Under the pieces are notes generated by a model. That model had not been told where the DNA came from and did no database searches. It was given only the letters and a program-made list of their open reading frames with translations. A program made the translations under genes and the position numbers. Positions 63,718 to 64,000 of a stretch of DNA of 64,000 nucleotides are shown piece after piece. Every line of letters begins with the position of its first letter. Position 1 is the stretch's first letter. Origin of the DNA: an uncultured Gammaproteobacteria bacterium (GTDB lineage Bacteria; Pseudomonadota; Gammaproteobacteria; UBA9214); the NCBI GenBank assembly GCA_963827755.1, contig CAWHCQ010000014.1, positions 32,001-96,000 of the forward strand, in the 5' to 3' direction.

Positions 63718-64000
63718 TTTCACCAGCGGCTTCTGGAACTTTTACATCATCATTCCGACAGTCCTCGGGATCATCGCCTGCTTCCTGCTGATCCGCTGGT
63801 TGTCTGCAGACATTCCTGCCGACCAGCAAGGCAAGAAGATGGACCATGTCTGGGACGAGGACCTGGTTGAGCTGAACAATCCGCTGCCTCGCTGGTGGCT
63901 GAACCTGTTCTACATCACCCTGGTTTTTGGTATCGGCTACCTGCTGTTGTACCCGGGGCTGGGCACCTTCAAGGGTCTGCTGGGCTGGACCGCAGCCGGG
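63710..64000 (+). CDS. ccoP: cbb3-type oxidase subunit III (partial)
   Basis: MADFTSGFW...HVWDEDLVELNNPLPRWW...LYPGLG; runs off window. Confidence 0.95.
   Translation, partial: MADFTSGFWNFYIIIPTVLGIIACFLLIRWLSADIPADQQGKKMDHVWDEDLVELNNPLPRWWLNLFYITLVFGIGYLLLYPGLGTFKGLLGWTAAG

Overview
Window from a microaerophilic, sulfur-storing, H2-using Gammaproteobacterium (taxonomy is inference from gene content). 1-16619: 3' part of a giant surface protein with about 30 tandem 378-bp (126-aa) Ig/cadherin-like repeats, a unique LamG-containing insert and a C-terminal hydrophobic tail rather than an RTX/T1SS end. It overlaps (ATGA) a membrane PAS-GGDEF-GGDEF-EAL gene, which is followed by a PilZ gene; this candidate c-di-GMP surface-sensing module is the most interesting item. 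Next come a Cus-type copper efflux operon, a SoxB-like metallohydrolase with a porin and two-component system, dodecin, folE and a repeat-rich PG-binding lipoprotein. A hypCABDFE operon lies divergent from an Isp-type (group 1e) [NiFe]-hydrogenase operon. The rest holds nnrS, pdxH, a diheme cytochrome, a sulfur globule protein, MlaC-like, gpsA-like, hemN-like, fnr, ccoIS, ompW, Yip1 and ccoNOQP, with several FNR boxes. Many small-insertion frameshifts look like sequencing or consensus errors. Three apparent internal-deletion or fusion scars are present. No rRNA, tRNA, CRISPR or mobile element was seen.
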